Below the pieces are notes generated by a model. That model did no database searches. It was given only the letters and a program-made list of their open reading frames with translations, and was not told the origin of the DNA. Below are positions 50,663 through 60,075 of a stretch of 64,000 nt of DNA, piece after piece. Numbering within the stretch: the first letter of the stretch is position 1; every line of letters starts with the position of its first letter. The translations under genes were made by a program, and so were the position numbers. Source of the DNA: Myxococcota bacterium (GTDB lineage: Bacteria > Myxococcota_A > UBA796 > GCA-2862545); contig JBCCQY010000007.1 in the NCBI GenBank assembly GCA_039208735.1, forward strand, positions 32,001 to 96,000. Reading direction: 5' to 3'.

Positions 50663-50741
50663 TGGGTGTGGGACTCGTGGCGGGACTTCCGAACTCGTCT
50701 TCTAAGCGAAACATCGCAGTCGCGCACTTCCTCCCCACCCA
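50663..50741 (+). ncRNA. Candidate Y-RNA-like/tRNA-mimic structured RNA
   Basis: Outer 10-bp stem with one bulged U (50663-73/50732-41), inner stem (50677-87/50718-27), apical hairpin TCGT-CTTCTAA-GCGA; directly upstream of Ro60-like gene. Confidence 0.5.
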
Positions 50742-50809
50742 CTCTCCTGCCCCGGCGAGCCTTGGCCCCCGCAGGAGCGTGACACCACCAAATCCATCTG
50801 GGGGGCGTC

Positions 50810-52216
50810 GTGCTCGACGAAGGGGTGCTGGAGCGAGAAGACGTGGCGTTGTTCATCAACGCAGCGACGACGTGCACCGGCCAATCCGAGTTTTACGGAG
50901 ATGCCCGCGAGCAACGTGTCTCGCTAGGTTTCCTGCACGATTACGTTTTCGGTAACTACCGACGTCTGTACGCATTGTGCCTGGCCGCAGGCATCAACCA
51001 CTTCAACCGCGCAGCGATCGTGCACCGCCTCCTGGCTGCGGGAGCCCCTTCGGACCCCGTCCGCCGGGTGGAAGAAGCCGCGTTGATCGCGGGAGCCCTT
51101 CGGCAGTTGCCCCCGCAGCGCGTCTACCGGCTGTTTACGACGCTGCGCCACCACCGCGTCAACAATCGACGGAGCCGGGCCACCATTCACACCTGGCTGG
51201 CCCAACGGCCCGACCTAACGTTCGATGCAGTGAAGTACCGGGGTCCCCTTCGTTCGGCCCTACGTCATGCCCATCTGCCGCTCGACGTGGAACTCCGCGA
51301 GTTTCTATTCGAGGGGCCGAACCACCGACCGCAGTGGTCCGCTCCGCTGCTCGATGCCTTTCGCCGAGCCCGCTACGATCAGCGAGCCATCTACGAGCTG
51401 CCTTACACCGTGGCCGAAGGCCTCGCGGCCACCAAGGGCATTCCCCGGGAGCGCTTTCTCAAGACCATCGAGCCTCGGCTAACGGCCGCGGAACGGGTTC
51501 GTCTCAACCGCTTGGCAGATGACGGAGGCTGGGCCACCCTCGATCTAGAACGCGTCCCCTTGGACCGCCTTTGCGTGTTGGTGCTTGCCCAACCCGTCGG
51601 GGAACGGTCGGAGGCGTTCCGGGCGGCGCTGAACCACCAGGCCAAACGCGTCTGGCGCGGTCAGGCGTCGCCGGCCCAGCACATTCACGTGGTGCTCGAC
51701 AACAGCTTTTCCTCACGATCCGGGGCCCAAAAGCGGAACCAAGCGTTGGCCGTCACGCTGGGATGCACCAAAGTGCTCGAAGCGGGGGCAAAGAGCTACC
51801 GCCGGTGGTGGACGAGCGGGGCGACCGATGACCTGCGCGTCACGCCTCGCGGCCAGACCGACCTGGCGACCCCGTTGCTCGCCGCATTGGAGGGAAAGCC
51901 CGATCTCGTGGTCGTGGTTTCGGATGGCTTCGACAACGATCCTCCAGGGGCGGCAGGCGAGGTTGTCCGGCTCTTCCGCACCCACATCGACCCCAAGCGA
52001 CACACCACCATCGTCCACGTAAATCCCGTGTTCGATGCCCAGCGCTTCATGCCAAGACCCCTAGGTCCAGGTGTGCCTATGGTCGGAATTCGGGATCCGG
52101 CCAACCTGCCGCTCAAGCTCGGCTTCGCATCCTTCGTGCACGGGTCGTCTCGCATCGAAGCCCTTGAAGCCTGGCTCCTCAAGCGCGCCGAACCCTGGCT
52201 GCGGGAGGTCCCATGA
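50810..52216 (+). CDS. Divergent Ro60/TROVE-like protein (helical N-terminus + vWA)
   Basis: AVKYRGPLRSALRHAH resembles Ro60/Rsr KYR...LLRLxH; complete vWA MIDAS VLDNSFS...TDLA...VVSDG. Confidence 0.7.
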   Translation: MLDEGVLEREDVALFINAATTCTGQSEFYGDAREQRVSLGFLHDYVFGNYRRLYALCLAAGINHFNRAAIVHRLLAAGAPSDPVRRVEEAALIAGALRQLPPQRVYRLFTTLRHHRVNNRRSRATIHTWLAQRPDLTFDAVKYRGPLRSALRHAHLPLDVELREFLFEGPNHRPQWSAPLLDAFRRARYDQRAIYELPYTVAEGLAATKGIPRERFLKTIEPRLTAAERVRLNRLADDGGWATLDLERVPLDRLCVLVLAQPVGERSEAFRAALNHQAKRVWRGQASPAQHIHVVLDNSFSSRSGAQKRNQALAVTLGCTKVLEAGAKSYRRWWTSGATDDLRVTPRGQTDLATPLLAALEGKPDLVVVVSDGFDNDPPGAAGEVVRLFRTHIDPKRHTTIVHVNPVFDAQRFMPRPLGPGVPMVGIRDPANLPLKLGFASFVHGSSRIEALEAWLLKRAEPWLREVP

Positions 52217-53343
52217 TCTTGGAAGCCCGAGGCCTCGACCTGCGACCGCCACAGGTTTGGGGCACCATTCGGCTCGTTCCCATCGTGAGGGACGTTCCGC
52301 TCGTGGACCTTCGGCTCGCCGTCCGACCCTATGAGGGCGCCATCGCGGTCACCGAAGTGTCGAAGCGACATCGGTACATCAGCTACGTGCCCCATGGCAT
52401 CGTGATGCGATGGAATGAGCGAGGCGAAGCCGCGGTGCCCGTTGAAACGCGCATCGGCGCTCGCGAGCTACGGCAGGAAGGCCCCGTGGTCTGGCTCAAA
52501 CGCATGGTCCGCCGCGAAGCGCGCGACCAACTGAGACTGTTGCCCTTGCACACGGCCATGGAAGGCTTCTTGGCCTTGCATTTCGGCGGACCCCAGGTGG
52601 CTCACCGGTACTACTCCAAGCGCGTTCTGTCGGACGGCTTCGATCCTCGAGTCGAAGGCTCGGTTCGCGGCGAAGCGCTCCCGGGTCTCGATGAAGCATT
52701 GCGAACCTTCGAAGTCCATGACGGGCAGTGTGGCATGTTGATTTTCGTGGGCGACCACCTGGCTTCGGCCATGCTCGTCGCCCATCCAGACGACTACCTC
52801 GCCCTGCACGAGGCCCTCCTGCAGGACTGCTATGGCACGATCGTGGCCCGCTTCGGATGGGGGGCTCGCCGGCAACCCCTGCCCGGCGTGACCCTCGAAG
52901 GAACGAGCTTTGAAGCGATCGGCACCTCCCTCCAGCGTGCGCGGGACACCTGGGCCTGGTACGCCCGCGAGATGTCGACCGGCCTTTTGGGGCGGTCGAT
53001 CCAGGCCACCACCCTACGTCAGGTAGGCAACTACTCGTTGGTTCGATTCTCGACGGGCTTCGATGTGGAGCGCGTGACACAGGACGGCGAGCACCTTGGT
53101 GAAGCCTTGGTTGCCGCGGACGGCACCCTTGCGTATCTCAAGACCTACCGTCTCGATCGGGGACAGAGCCGACGGGGACGGATGTTGTCGCGGCTCGCAG
53201 AGCACGATTGGGACATCCGAGCCCTGGCCAATGCGGACGGGCACGGCAAGATCGGCCGTGTCGTGGGCGATTTGGTGGCCGCAGGCCTCGACTGGGTGGT
53301 TCGAGACGAGATCCGACGTCAAGGCGGGTCGGAAGGCGTGTGA
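52213..53343 (+). CDS. ARPP-2-like domain protein
   Basis: PPQVWGTIRLVPIVRD..DLRL, YISYVPHG, LRLLPLHTAMEGFLALHFGGP, ALRTFEVHDGQCG, YLKTYRL; family name from memory; ATGA overlap. Confidence 0.6.
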   Translation: MILEARGLDLRPPQVWGTIRLVPIVRDVPLVDLRLAVRPYEGAIAVTEVSKRHRYISYVPHGIVMRWNERGEAAVPVETRIGARELRQEGPVVWLKRMVRREARDQLRLLPLHTAMEGFLALHFGGPQVAHRYYSKRVLSDGFDPRVEGSVRGEALPGLDEALRTFEVHDGQCGMLIFVGDHLASAMLVAHPDDYLALHEALLQDCYGTIVARFGWGARRQPLPGVTLEGTSFEAIGTSLQRARDTWAWYAREMSTGLLGRSIQATTLRQVGNYSLVRFSTGFDVERVTQDGEHLGEALVAADGTLAYLKTYRLDRGQSRRGRMLSRLAEHDWDIRALANADGHGKIGRVVGDLVAAGLDWVVRDEIRRQGGSEGV

Positions 53344-54188
53344 GGGTCGCTGAGGGCGGTATCGACCATCCAGCTCATCAAGGCTCGAACCCGAGGATTC
53401 CTACGGAGGTCAGGATGGGTGAGCACCCACATGGACTGGGGGAACGTTCGTGGCTCGCTCACCCGTACCAAGTCGGGCCATCGCTCTGCGATGAGACAGG
53501 GCAGGTACGCCACCACCTCCCCCCGTCGTGCCGCCTCAAGCTGTAGAATGTGAGCGTTCGCCCGTAAGATCACGGGTGCACTAGGGGCCAGCTGACGCCG
53601 CGCTTGGTCCATCACCGACGCTGTCTCGAACTCCGAAGTCCAACAGACCCAGGGCAACCCTTCGAGCCCCTGTTGCGCGACGGAAGCCGACGCGTAGGCC
53701 GCCATGGCCAGGTACCCGACCCGCCGACCCACAAGGTGTTCGGCGGCCTGGCGCGTCAGCCGTACCGCAACGTCGGCTTCGCGGCGGTGGAGGCTGCGCA
53801 GCGAGTCAGCGGCGACCACCTCGAGCGATAGCCTCGGATAGGCTCTCCCAAACGCCGCCAATCGATCGACCCAGGCTGTCGCGATGAGTTCGGGCAACGT
53901 CAACACCACCCGTCCCACCAGGTCGAGGTGCCCACCTGCGACCCGCCGTTCCAGTTCGAGCAGCGCGCGTTCCATGGCCTCGGCGGTCTCGCGATGGGCC
54001 TCCCCGGCGGGAGTTAGCTCCACGCCGCCTCGCAATCGCCCAAACAAGGCGGTGCCCCTCACCTCGGCAAACTTGCGGAGCCGCCGCGTCACCGTCGTCT
54101 GGCTGACCCCCAACGCCTCGGCCGCGCCCGTCAGCGTTCCCGCCCGGCTCACGGCCAACAACACGCGATAGTCGTCCCAGTCGTGCAT
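53319..54188 (-). CDS. LysR family regulator
   Basis: DWDDYRVLLAVSRAGTLTGAAEALGVSQTTVTRRL, READVAVR, WVLTHPDLRRNPRV. Confidence 0.92.
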   Translation of the reverse strand: MHDWDDYRVLLAVSRAGTLTGAAEALGVSQTTVTRRLRKFAEVRGTALFGRLRGGVELTPAGEAHRETAEAMERALLELERRVAGGHLDLVGRVVLTLPELIATAWVDRLAAFGRAYPRLSLEVVAADSLRSLHRREADVAVRLTRQAAEHLVGRRVGYLAMAAYASASVAQQGLEGLPWVCWTSEFETASVMDQARRQLAPSAPVILRANAHILQLEAARRGEVVAYLPCLIAERWPDLVRVSEPRTFPQSMWVLTHPDLRRNPRVRALMSWMVDTALSDPHTPSDPP

Positions 54189-54302
54189 TCGACCAACCTG
54201 CATTTCTGTGAGTTTAACTCTATTCGATAGAGCTGGGCCCTGCAGCTGCGCAAGTCTATGGAATGGTCATCCTCCCCTTGGTTGAATGAACCTGGAGAAC
54301 CC

Positions 54303-54863
54303 ATGCCGCTGCTCATCCTGGCCCTGCTCTCGCCGGCCCACGCCGATGCTGAACCGAAGGTGCATCACATCGACGTCAGCCGCGAACTTGATCATCCGGC
54401 GGGCGACGTGTGGAACGCGATCGCCAAAGACTACGGCAACATCGCGAACATTCACCCGTTGATCGTCCAAAGCGACTACCTGAAAGGGTCCATCGAAGGC
54501 GATCTCGGCGTACAGCGGAGCTGCTGGTTCGACGAGAAGGGCAAACGCACGTTGGTCGAGGAGATCGCGGGCTGGTACCCCAACGACTTCACGTTTGAAA
54601 ACCGGGTGGTGGACGCAACGCGCTTCCCCGTGGACCCCGACCACACGATGGCCGTGTACCGTGTCGTGCCGCTCGGCCCGCAGCGTTCCCGCATCGAAGT
54701 TGGATTCGACTTCCGTACGAAGCCCGCGTTGCTCGGGGCGATGGCGAAGGGGCGCTTCCGGAACTTGCTCGAAGACCACTTGCTCGCGATCGACCATCAC
54801 TTGAGGACGGGCGAGTCCGTCAACCGCGACAACTTCAAGCAGGTTGCGAAGCGATACCGCTAA
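54303..54863 (+). CDS. Secreted SRPBCC/polyketide-cyclase-like protein
   Basis: Signal peptide (AHA), DVWNAIAKDYGNIANIHP, RSCWF, HHLRTGE. Confidence 0.8.
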   Translation: MPLLILALLSPAHADAEPKVHHIDVSRELDHPAGDVWNAIAKDYGNIANIHPLIVQSDYLKGSIEGDLGVQRSCWFDEKGKRTLVEEIAGWYPNDFTFENRVVDATRFPVDPDHTMAVYRVVPLGPQRSRIEVGFDFRTKPALLGAMAKGRFRNLLEDHLLAIDHHLRTGESVNRDNFKQVAKRYR

Positions 54864-54876
54864 CGACGTCGACGTC
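54790..54876 (+). repeat. Left copy of 87-bp direct repeat
   Basis: Matches 61669-61755 with 5 mismatches. Confidence 0.9.
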
Positions 54877-54989
54877 ACGTGGGCCGAGATGGACGTGCAT
54901 CGGTGAGACCGGAACGCCACCCGACGCCATCGACCACCTGCAGGGGCAGGTGATCTCAGTCGGGGTCGCTACATCGACCCATTCGTGGC

Positions 54990-55538
54990 CTACGACTTGG
55001 TGGAGGTGGCGGGGAGCGTGCTCGTTTCCCCATCATCGTCTCTCAACCACTGCCGGAAGCGCTCGGCTTCGCCGGCATCCACCCCTAACGCCTCGGCCGC
55101 TTCGTACCACGCCAATGCGCTAACCAAGTCTAATTCAATGCCACTTCCTGACGCATAGCAGTTCGCTACTTGCATGACCGCATCGGCTTCGCCCCTGATC
55201 GCGGCACGCAGGTACCAATAGAAGGCCTTGTGGCAGTCTGAGGGGACACCGCGTGCCAGCTCAAAGCTCACGCCAAGGTCGTACATGGCCTCTGTGACCC
55301 CCGCCTGAGCAGCGGCATGAAGCAAGGACAGCGCCCGCTCGTCCGAACATGGATAGCCGTACTCTCCGGCCAAGTACCAGGTGGCAATCGCATACATCGC
55401 CCTGGGATCGCCTGATGTCACGGCAAGTTCCATCCGCGAGCTGACGTCGCCGTCGTCGGCATTGGACGCCGCCAGCTGGATCGCCTCCGCATACGGAGAG
55501 GCCTCGCCTTTCGTCGGATGCAAATCTACCTTGTACAC
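54990..55538 (-). CDS. Sel1-repeat protein
   Basis: GDPRAMYAIATWY, GVTEAMYDLG...KAFYWYLRAA..GEADAV...ALAWYEAA; start uncertain. Confidence 0.8.
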   Translation of the reverse strand: MYKVDLHPTKGEASPYAEAIQLAASNADDGDVSSRMELAVTSGDPRAMYAIATWYLAGEYGYPCSDERALSLLHAAAQAGVTEAMYDLGVSFELARGVPSDCHKAFYWYLRAAIRGEADAVMQVANCYASGSGIELDLVSALAWYEAAEALGVDAGEAERFRQWLRDDDGETSTLPATSTKS

Positions 55539-55732
55539 AACTGCTCCAGACGTTGGTGCTTTCAACGTTACTCGGGCTCCGGCTCCGGGTTCGGAGTCTT
55601 CGTGGAGGGACGCTTCTTCCGGTGGCCCGCCGCCTCCGGTTACGGGCTGGGTAACCGTTGACTCTGGGCGTGTTGGGCACGTCCGACGTCCTGGGCACCA
55701 GGCGCAGTCGGCTTGGCCGAGCACCCAGACCG

Positions 55733-56317
55733 ATGGAGGCTTGCATAGCGCTGCCAGAACCATCGCCAGCCGTCACGTTGGAGGACTTCCTCGAACTCGA
55801 GCGAGCCACTGGACTCCGGCACGAGTGGATCAAAGGCATGGCCTCCGCCATGGCCGGGGGAAGCGCGGAGCACTCCAGAATCAAGACGAACCTGCTGCTG
55901 GCCATCGGACGACAACTCGAGGGTTCCGACTGTCACGTCGCGGACAGCGACCAGCGCATTCGGGTCGAGTTGACAGGAGCAACGCTGTACGCCGACGTCG
56001 CCGTGATCTGTGGCCCCTATGCCTACGCATCCGACGACCTACAGGCGGTGACAAACCCGAAGATCGCAGTGGAGGTCCTGTCCTCGACCACCGAGGACTA
56101 CGATCGAGGCACCAAATTCCAGCACTATCGCAGGGTTCCTGGGCTCCTAGAATACGTATTGATCAGCCAGGACGAGCGCCGCATTGAGGTGCGCAGGCGC
56201 GCCGAGGACAAGTGGGTGCTCGAAGAGCACACCTCGGGTGCGCTCGAACTGCTCGAAGGGATCACTGTACCATTCGACACGATCTATGATTTCCGGCATC
56301 TGCGTCCCGAAGGGTGA
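55733..56317 (+). CDS. Uma2 (DUF820) family endonuclease-like protein
   Basis: RHEW..G...AMAGGSAEHSRI, YADVAVIC, VEVLSSTTEDYDRGTKF..YRR...LEYVLISQ. Confidence 0.9.
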   Translation: MEACIALPEPSPAVTLEDFLELERATGLRHEWIKGMASAMAGGSAEHSRIKTNLLLAIGRQLEGSDCHVADSDQRIRVELTGATLYADVAVICGPYAYASDDLQAVTNPKIAVEVLSSTTEDYDRGTKFQHYRRVPGLLEYVLISQDERRIEVRRRAEDKWVLEEHTSGALELLEGITVPFDTIYDFRHLRPEG

Positions 56318-56339
56318 TCTCAAGGCGGGCATCAAGGGC

Positions 56340-56520
56340 CCGACGCCTCGTCTGGGAGACCAGGTCTCTGCACTGGTGCGACCTCGATATCCAGCGCCAC
56401 CTGCTCACCATCGAGCCGGGGATCACCAAGAAGAAGTGTGGGCACCTGATCCCTCTGAGCCTCATCTCGTGGAACAGCTCTCTGGCTGGCCGAGGGCCAC
56501 CGTCTGGTTGATCCCGTCGC
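56340..56520 (+). pseudogene. Tyrosine recombinase fragment
   Basis: ETRSLHWCDLDIQRHLLTIEPGITKKKCGHLIPLS then frameshift into PHLVEQLSGWP. Confidence 0.6.
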
Positions 56521-56577
56521 CGGCCAAGGGGTCGGACCCGGCAGCCGCGGCCGCGAGAGGTAGCCCCCCGGACTTCA

Positions 56578-56873
56578 TCACGAACGACCAACCTCAAACG
56601 CATGCTCAAACTCGCCCGTCGCTAGGAGGTCTTCGACTACCTCATGGATGACCGACGGTGAGAGGGTTTGCACGATGATCGGGTGGGTCGACCAGAAGTA
56701 AAGGCCCGAAGCGCACTCTCCAGTCTTTGACCAGCGAAGCATCAGCTGGCGAATGGACGACAACGTGAAAACGTGGCGGCGAAACATCGACCGTCGGAGA
56801 ATTCGACCTCGACGTCAACGTTGTCCTCCAAAGGGTCGACGATGTCGTGCAGGACGCGCACCTTCCATTCCAC
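56578..56873 (-). pseudogene. Small immunity-protein-like gene with one frameshift
   Basis: GGAGG-GTG start; DPLEDNVDVEVEFSDGRCFAATF / FTLSSIRQLMLRWSKTGECASGLYFW...EDLLATGEFEHAF; one base missing in run at 56768-56771. Confidence 0.6.
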
Positions 56874-57344
56874 AACCGCCTCCAAGTCCCCCGAGCACTT
56901 CCTTGATCTGATCTTCCCTTCCCGATCGGCTCGTCCCAATATCTTGATTTAGCGTGCCCTTTCGAAATTCCTCGGTCTGCCCGCAAGCCCTATTTGCCAT
57001 CTCCACTGGAGCTCGCCGGCCAAGGGCACACCAACGTGGACAACCTGCAACGTCGTCCACCGCGAGAAAGCCCACATTTAACCATGGTGATGGAGTGTGC
57101 GTCAGTCGGCAGCCGCGCACCTCCCCGAATTTGGATCACAGGATCCGCATCACTCTGCCGACTGACCCAGGCGGGACCATCCACTTCGATTACACTAACG
57201 TTGTTGGGGATGAAGTGAAGTGGTCCCCACTCGCTAGACCAATAGCCTTGAATGCTTGGGTGATCTGAGCTGGGCAGGTAGCAGCGGTAGAATAACGTCA
57301 ATCGAGAGTGATCGGGGATCCAAGGTGCTCGCCCCTCCCCCAGG

Positions 57345-57705
57345 AGGGGTGATTGTCAAGAGGGGAGACTGATAACTTGGGGATGAGCTGTGGATACCCT
57401 GCGGATGAGCTGGGGACAGTCATGCCGCACTTGGGAGAAGGAGATCGTAGAGCTTGGCCGGCGGCTGGTCGCCGAGGGACTGGTGCGGCCGTTCGTGGTT
57501 GTAGAAGCGGAAGTAGGCGCGGAGCCGGTCGCGAGCCTCACCCAGGTCGTCGTAGGCGTGCAGGTAGATCTCCTCGTACTTGACCGATCTCCAGAGCCGC
57601 TCGATGAAGACGTTGTCGAGCCAGCGACCGCGGCCGTCCATGCTGATCGCGATGTCTCGGGACTTCAGGATGCCGGTGAAGTCGGACGAGGTGAACTGCG
57701 AATTC
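57345..57705 (-). mobile_element. IS3-family transposase C-terminal fragment and probable right end
   Basis: SQFTS...ISMDGRGRWLDNVFIERLWRSVKYEE..YNHERPHQSLGDQPP; 5' part missing. Confidence 0.88.
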
Positions 57706-57712
57706 GATCGCC

Positions 57713-58009
57713 TCATTCCTCAACGGCCTGCCGAATCCACACGATCTTCGGCGGACCTCGTAGGAAGGGTCGCAGCCGCTCCATGGACCCCGTCTCCCGC
57801 CGCCAGGCTGTGTAGGCGTGGAAGTGTTCGCGGGTCTCCCACCCGAGCACGGTCCACAGGGCACCATCATCGTCTTGGGGAATCCAGACCGCGGCGTAGG
57901 TACAGCCCGGATACGCGCGTGTCTCTCGAAGGATGTCGTGGGTGATGGCGATAAGCTCCCTGCGTGTCTCGGGCTCCACGGTCATCTGCAGTACGACCCT
58001 CTCAGCCAT
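57713..58009 (-). CDS. Antibiotic-biosynthesis-monooxygenase (ABM) family protein
   Basis: ETRAYPGC...WETREHFHAYTAWRRETG; divergent from lysR. Confidence 0.8.
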   Translation of the reverse strand: MAERVVLQMTVEPETRRELIAITHDILRETRAYPGCTYAAVWIPQDDDGALWTVLGWETREHFHAYTAWRRETGSMERLRPFLRGPPKIVWIRQAVEE

Positions 58010-58187
58010 GGGGTCCCCCATGCTTGTGTGCGGGACCCCGCTCTGTGCGACCATGCCAGGGCACGTGACAGCGTGGGCTCGTGAGAGGTTGCGTGAGCAT
58101 CCAGATTGCAGACCGCGGGTGGGGCCTTTGGCCCGAGGCGTGGTCACGGGGCACTGTCGCGGCGCCTGCCCCCCGGTGGGGTAATCC

Positions 58188-59072
58188 ATGAACCTCGGCG
58201 ACGTTCCCTGGGATGACGTTCGGTTCTTCTTGGCGACTTTGCGCGCCCCCAGCCTGCGCCAGGCCGCTGAGGACCTCGGCGTGTCGCACCCGACCGCCAG
58301 CCGCCGGGTGCGTGCGCTGGAGGAGGGGCTGGGGCTGCAGCTGTTCGAGCGGCGCGCGGACGGACTGCACCCGACGGCGGAGGCGATGGAGCTGGCGGCG
58401 GCGGCGGAGGAGGTCGAGCGTGCAATGTTCGCGCTGCAGCGGGTGGCCAAGTCCGTCGAGCCCGCCATCCGCGGCCCCGTCCACCTCACGATGACACAGC
58501 CGTTGGCCACCGACCTGTTGATGCCCGATCTCCACGCTTTCTCGCTCCGGTACCCGGAGCTCGAGCTGCACCTGCAGATCAACACGGAGTTGTCCAATCT
58601 GGCAGCGCGAGAGGCGGACGTCGCCATTCGGGGCATGGCTGCCGGGCGAAGCCCCGACCCCGACCTCATGGGTCGGCGGGCGGTGTCGACCAGCTGGGCG
58701 GTCTACGGCAGCGGCGCATGCTGGCTGGGTCCCGAGGACCGGCGTGCCATGTTCGAAGGCGCGATCCTTTCGGACGAGGCTGACTTCTTCGACCTCCCTG
58801 TGCGCGGCACCTATCCTGGGATCTCCCTCAAACGCGCCGCCTGCCTCGCGGGGGTCGGCTACGCGCGCCTCCCGTGCTTCTATGGCGACCCGGTGCTCCC
58901 ACGGCGCAGCAGCCCCGTGCAGGGCGGCGACATCTGGGTCCTGGTCACCCCGAACTGCGGCGAAATATGCGGCTGCGCTTGGTCCGAGACTTCCTGGTCG
59001 ATGCGCTGCGGCGTCATCAACCCCGGCTCTTGGGGAAGATCCCGCGTGACGCCGCCGGGCCCGAAGCGGTAA
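58188..59072 (+). CDS. LysR family regulator, C-terminus frameshifted
   Basis: WDDVRFFLA..SLRQAAEDLGVSHPTASRRV, READVAIR; after IWVLV the expected HPELRRNMRLRLVRDFL lies in another frame (shift at ~58946). Confidence 0.85.
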   Translation: MNLGDVPWDDVRFFLATLRAPSLRQAAEDLGVSHPTASRRVRALEEGLGLQLFERRADGLHPTAEAMELAAAAEEVERAMFALQRVAKSVEPAIRGPVHLTMTQPLATDLLMPDLHAFSLRYPELELHLQINTELSNLAAREADVAIRGMAAGRSPDPDLMGRRAVSTSWAVYGSGACWLGPEDRRAMFEGAILSDEADFFDLPVRGTYPGISLKRAACLAGVGYARLPCFYGDPVLPRRSSPVQGGDIWVLVTPNCGEICGCAWSETSWSMRCGVINPGSWGRSRVTPPGPKR

Positions 59073-59085
59073 TGAGGGGCTGCAT

Positions 59086-60075
59086 TCAGCCCCCCATGGC
59101 GGCGGCGTGTTCGATGCGCTGCTCGGTCAGGTCGCACAGCGCGGCCCAGGCGGCCTCGGCCGACTGGCGATCCAGGACGTGTGGATGGCGCATGGGGGCT
59201 AACGGTCCGGTCATCTTGCCCGACGCGGAGGCCCAGAGCTCCCCGCTGCGATCGGTGCCCCACCCGATGGCTTCTACGTAGCGATCGGCGGCGGTGGCGA
59301 CGCTGTGGGCGGCTCCGGTCCAGCGGCCGATTGGACCGCCCATGACGGGCATGACCAGGTTGCGTACCAGCCAGGGCTGGTTGCGCGCTGCGCCTGTGCC
59401 GGGCGTGCTGCACGGAGACACGGCATACACCGCCATCCCATCGGGGAGTCGCTCCGAGAGCGCCTGCGCCCACCACGCGCCGACGAGCTTGACCGTGCTG
59501 TAGTGGGGGGCGGGCTTGTAGGCGTACGGGGCCTCCACCCGGGCGAGGGCGAGGAGGGCGGCGCGGCGGTTGCCGCTGAAGTGTGCGTCGGCCAAGGCCG
59601 TGACGTCGGTCGGGGCCATCATCGATAGCTCCCCGTTGACGGCCTCAGCACTCGCGATGACGATGCGCGCCTGGTCGGCGAGCAGGCGCGAGCGCAGCAG
59701 ACCGACGGTCAGGGCGTGGTGACCGAGCAGGCTGGAGGCGAAGCCGAGCTCGATCCCGGTCTCGCTGAGCTGAGGGGTCGCGCCGCCTGCAACGCCGGCA
59801 TTGAGGATCAGTGCATCCAGCCGTCTCCCGCGCTGCTGAAGCGTGCCGATCGCAGCGTCGACCGTCTCCAGCTTCGCAAGATCCACGGGCAGGACCTCGA
59901 ACGGGTCCCTCGCCACGCGCTCGCGCAGCCGTCGCCTCGCGTCCTCTCCCTTCTGGAGTGTGCGGGCCACAAGAACGACGCGGCCGTAGCCCAGCTCGGC
60001 GAAGCGAGCCGCGGCCTCGAAGCCAAGACCGGAGTTGGCCCCGGTGATCAGGATGGTGCGCGGTTCATCGGACAT
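59086..60075 (-). CDS. SDR family oxidoreductase
   Basis: ILITGANSGLG, LILNAG, HYSTVK. Confidence 0.88.
   Translation of the reverse strand: MSDEPRTILITGANSGLGFEAAARFAELGYGRVVLVARTLQKGEDARRRLRERVARDPFEVLPVDLAKLETVDAAIGTLQQRGRRLDALILNAGVAGGATPQLSETGIELGFASSLLGHHALTVGLLRSRLLADQARIVIASAEAVNGELSMMAPTDVTALADAHFSGNRRAALLALARVEAPYAYKPAPHYSTVKLVGAWWAQALSERLPDGMAVYAVSPCSTPGTGAARNQPWLVRNLVMPVMGGPIGRWTGAAHSVATAADRYVEAIGWGTDRSGELWASASGKMTGPLAPMRHPHVLDRQSAEAAWAALCDLTEQRIEHAAAMGG

Noticed and set aside
50663..50741. Bona fide tRNA-Arg(UCU) gene
   Set aside because: Only the anticodon-like hairpin is present; no D arm, no GTTCRA T-loop and no cloverleaf spacing. Kept as an ncRNA candidate instead
57713..58669. 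318-aa ORF as annotated in the track
   Set aside because: Only the last ~98 codons (57713-58009) look like a real ABM protein; the rest is antisense to the LysR gene
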